Assembly: GCA_051439425.1 (NCBI GenBank) | Contig: JBFRWD010000102.1 | Location: 5,603 to 69,602 of the forward strand | Source: Synechococcus sp. | GTDB taxonomy: Bacteria; Cyanobacteriota; Cyanobacteriia; Thermostichales; PCC-7336 | DNA: 64,000 bases | Direction: 5' to 3' | Position numbers and translations under genes: made by a program | The notes under the pieces: generated by a model | The model's input: only the letters and a program-made list of their open reading frames with translations | Database searches by the model: none | What the model was told of the DNA's origin: nothing | In this document: positions 62,401-64,000 of the stretch, one piece after another | Position numbering within the stretch: position 1 is the first letter of the stretch | How the letters are laid out: each line of letters starts with the position of its first letter

Positions 62401-63035
62401 GCTCCATTCACGTTGTACCGAATGGTCTGGAACTCCCTGAAGCCAGAGATGAGTCCTTACCCGACCCACCAGAACTAGAATCAATTCCTCGCCCCCGAAT
62501 TGGTTACATCGGCAATTTAGATGCTCAGCGTCTTGATATGGAGCTGATGGAATATCTTATCAGCAACCGACCTGAATGGCAGCTCGTCTTGGTGGGGTCT
62601 CTACATGCGAACCAAAGTGCTCTTGCCCTCGATCGCTTCCCAAACGTGCATTTTTTAGGAGTGCGCCCGTACTCGCAGGCTAGAAACTTGGCCAAAGCCT
62701 TTGACGTTGGCATCATCCCTCATCGGGATACTAGCCTTACACGTTCAATGAATCCTCTCAAAGCTTACTTCTATCTGGCAGCTGGACTTCCAATCGTCTC
62801 GACTCCAGTAGCCAATCTACCGCCGGAGCTGCCCACGATTGCGATCGCTTCCGACCCCGGACAGTTTGTTGCTGCAATTGAACAGACGCTAGATGCTCCT
62901 GCTCGCTTAAGTGAGCAAGAGCGCTCGGTATTAGATGATTTTTTACACGCAAGTAGCTGGGAGAGACGGGTCAACACAATGATTGAGGAACTCCAGAAAA
63001 AACTGAGCAACCCCGCTTATGATATTGTTCGATAA
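59487..63035 (+). CDS. Giant glycosyltransferase: three N-terminal beta-rich repeats + two GT-B modules
   Basis: Repeats GW(V/L)FD..P....L.VDGK; GT4-like YQMPAKFTDALAM; second GT-B PRIGYIGNLD..MNPLKAYFYLAAGLPIVST. Confidence 0.85.
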   Translation: MKRFFSPKSVLKRGKAYLKNRWRKWKEHEAHQGKLELVENSCLLGWVFDSANPNRSVEYILWVDGKQFGRDIAAWPRSTPPHKAGIQFPLSEEILDGKRHSFQLEIAPSGIRFPRNPVLLRTNSPSPSVETDARGHRFPGVLGGIEHVGAGGAVTGWLFDPARPNTSLSLCLLVDGKEVGWTLACLYREDLLSFNIGDGRKGFHFTIPSYLQDGREHELQVRILGSNQCLLNQPITKIISSTSIEDEIERYFGFIQLQGDRLVGEVGDRLQPNLPVPIEIVLNNRARAFITPSIARDGSERTLLHCFDEPVSRFLSEGERLHSAAFRIAGTDKYFIDAHSPAAFLASHGQATRDDSQKPRLTIIAWDATHNPLGRAYILAEMMRHDFEVEIIAPMFPQYGTDIWEPLRQAPIPIRTFWGRPFPEHFEDLSTIAASIETDYVWVSKPRLPSLELGFLVKERLGCPLIVDVDDLELSFFPDERQCTLEDLEQARIETSTEFFKPYGHYWTALCQSLLDEADLVTTSNHTLQSRFGGIIVPHIRDETVFDPALYDRDRLRKEMGYSPDDRVVLFLGTPRLHKGFGRVLEALEAIGNPQYSLLLVGTITDTKTRQLIDKCDQRYLKKRPNCSFQELSGLVACADLVCILQDPRSRISAYQMPAKFTDALAMCVPVLATSVPPLEPLIDAGLIISAQMDNLDAQLGQILDNIIDYREQAKQARATFLDNFSYQAVSSQLGPTLLKLQGKSRTLGEAGASLLDYHRQHFPYTSSPVHADSHQPIDIVFFWKQFDSGIYGRRPDMIVKYLAQDSRVRRIVHFEPPISKRQLSVFESDSLGQLSQARFVYDNVISRNRCERDSEKILRRTLIVEEPSGNSGLSTSQAYVEFVKQTLQDADVDAGNSVFWFCPKNVWFQSLVDSLRPRLVVSDIIDDHRKWAQLLQRELDVSKNYAQILTRSHLTFTNCEENQSAFGALAGSIHVVPNGLELPEARDESLPDPPELESIPRPRIGYIGNLDAQRLDMELMEYLISNRPEWQLVLVGSLHANQSALALDRFPNVHFLGVRPYSQARNLAKAFDVGIIPHRDTSLTRSMNPLKAYFYLAAGLPIVSTPVANLPPELPTIAIASDPGQFVAAIEQTLDAPARLSEQERSVLDDFLHASSWERRVNTMIEELQKKLSNPAYDIVR

Positions 63036-63120
63036 TCAATTTTATCCGGAAAGCAAGCTAACCTTTCCTTAGAAAGATCGACCAATGGATAGATAAACTT
63101 CTGCTAGGAGCTATGACGGA

Positions 63121-63855
63121 ATGACTGACTTCCCTCTCGAGCAAGGTTACTGCCATGTTTGCGGGAAAAATGGAGTTTTTATCCACGAAATAAACAATAC
63201 TCGCAAAGGTTATAAGTGCCCCCATTGTTCAGCGTCCCTGCAATATCGTCATCAAGCCAAAGTTATCTTAGATTCCCTCTCCAATCGGTACAAATCATTT
63301 GCTGAATTCAGCCAAACCTCTGTTTGCGAGAATTTATCAATCTACGAACCTGGTATTGCCGGTCCGTTCCGAAAGTATCTACGCCAGCATTCCAATTATC
63401 AGCAGTCGTATTTCTGGCCCGATATCTCTACTGGCGAGGAACACGATGGCATCCGTTGCGAGAACCTAGAATCGTCAACATTCGCAGATAATAGTTTCGA
63501 TCTCGTAATCTCATCCGATATTTTGGATTGTGTTCGAAAGCCCTACGATGCATTCGCCGAAATTTATCGCATCCTACGCCCAGGAGGTTGTCATATATTC
63601 TCAATTTCGCTGACCTGGCCACCCAGCCAGCGAACAATAAAACGTGTAGATGTAGATAGAGAAGATACCTTTCTAATGCCCCCCATTTTTCAAAGTTCTC
63701 CGGTGAATAAGAGTGGCAGCCTTGTCTACAATAATTTTGGTGAGGATTTAATTTCTACCCTTGGCTGCTTGGGTTACGAGGTAGAAGTAACCGGTCTGTC
63801 TTCTAACCGAACGTTTTTAACGCGTAAACCTTCCCTTCACAAACAAACCGTATAA
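63121..63855 (+). CDS. Class I SAM-dependent methyltransferase with N-terminal CxxC..CxxC
   Basis: CHVCG..CPHC; CENLESSTFADNSFDLVIS; EIYRILRPGG. Confidence 0.85.
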   Translation: MTDFPLEQGYCHVCGKNGVFIHEINNTRKGYKCPHCSASLQYRHQAKVILDSLSNRYKSFAEFSQTSVCENLSIYEPGIAGPFRKYLRQHSNYQQSYFWPDISTGEEHDGIRCENLESSTFADNSFDLVISSDILDCVRKPYDAFAEIYRILRPGGCHIFSISLTWPPSQRTIKRVDVDREDTFLMPPIFQSSPVNKSGSLVYNNFGEDLISTLGCLGYEVEVTGLSSNRTFLTRKPSLHKQTV

Positions 63856-64000
63856 AAAACGACGCTACGAACAATTGGAAGTATAGCCTTCAGCTAATGT
63901 TAGACAACAATATCGTAAGGTTCTTCCGAGATTGAGGCGGTTTAGCAATTTGATTTAAACTACACCCACATTTAGACCCAGAGTTTCGGTGGATTTATAC

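Larger units (their letters stand above)
46850..64000. other. AT-rich accessory glycan-biosynthesis island (right edge beyond the window)
   Basis: Abrupt drop in GC and loss of HIP1 sites just upstream of dusA; IS/MITE content; sulfotransferase, ABC-2 exporter and GT genes. Confidence 0.85.

Noticed and set aside
1-64000. CRISPR array, tRNA or rRNA genes
   Set aside because: No regularly spaced repeat-spacer units, no cloverleaf/T-arm patterns and no rRNA-like sequence seen

Overview
Cyanobacterial chromosome segment (petB/petD, psbM, psb29, rpaA, ctpA; many HIP1 GCGATCGC octamers). Bases 1-46.85 kb are mostly core genes: groES with a CIRCE, mfd, rpaA, Fed2-type ferredoxin, a psbM missed by the ORF track, gap, the sigG/anti-sigma cluster, ctpA-petBD, CrtL lycopene cyclase, lptF/G, psb29, secG, moeA/cobH/moaC, ftsH4, a full-length Lon and dusA. 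This part also holds a co-directional cluster of a cNMP-domain MscS channel, a CRP and a CHASE2 adenylyl cyclase. Just upstream of the dusA start the sequence turns AT-rich and HIP1-poor. This island runs to the window end and carries an ISKra4-like IS, two MITE-sized elements, three sulfotransferase-like domains, a Wzm/Wzt ABC exporter, two giant multidomain glycosyltransferases and a methyltransferase. One glycosyltransferase has a sulfotransferase-like / heptad-repeat coiled coil / GT2 / GT4 layout. I saw no rRNA, tRNA or CRISPR array. All calls come from reading motifs by eye; no database searches were run.
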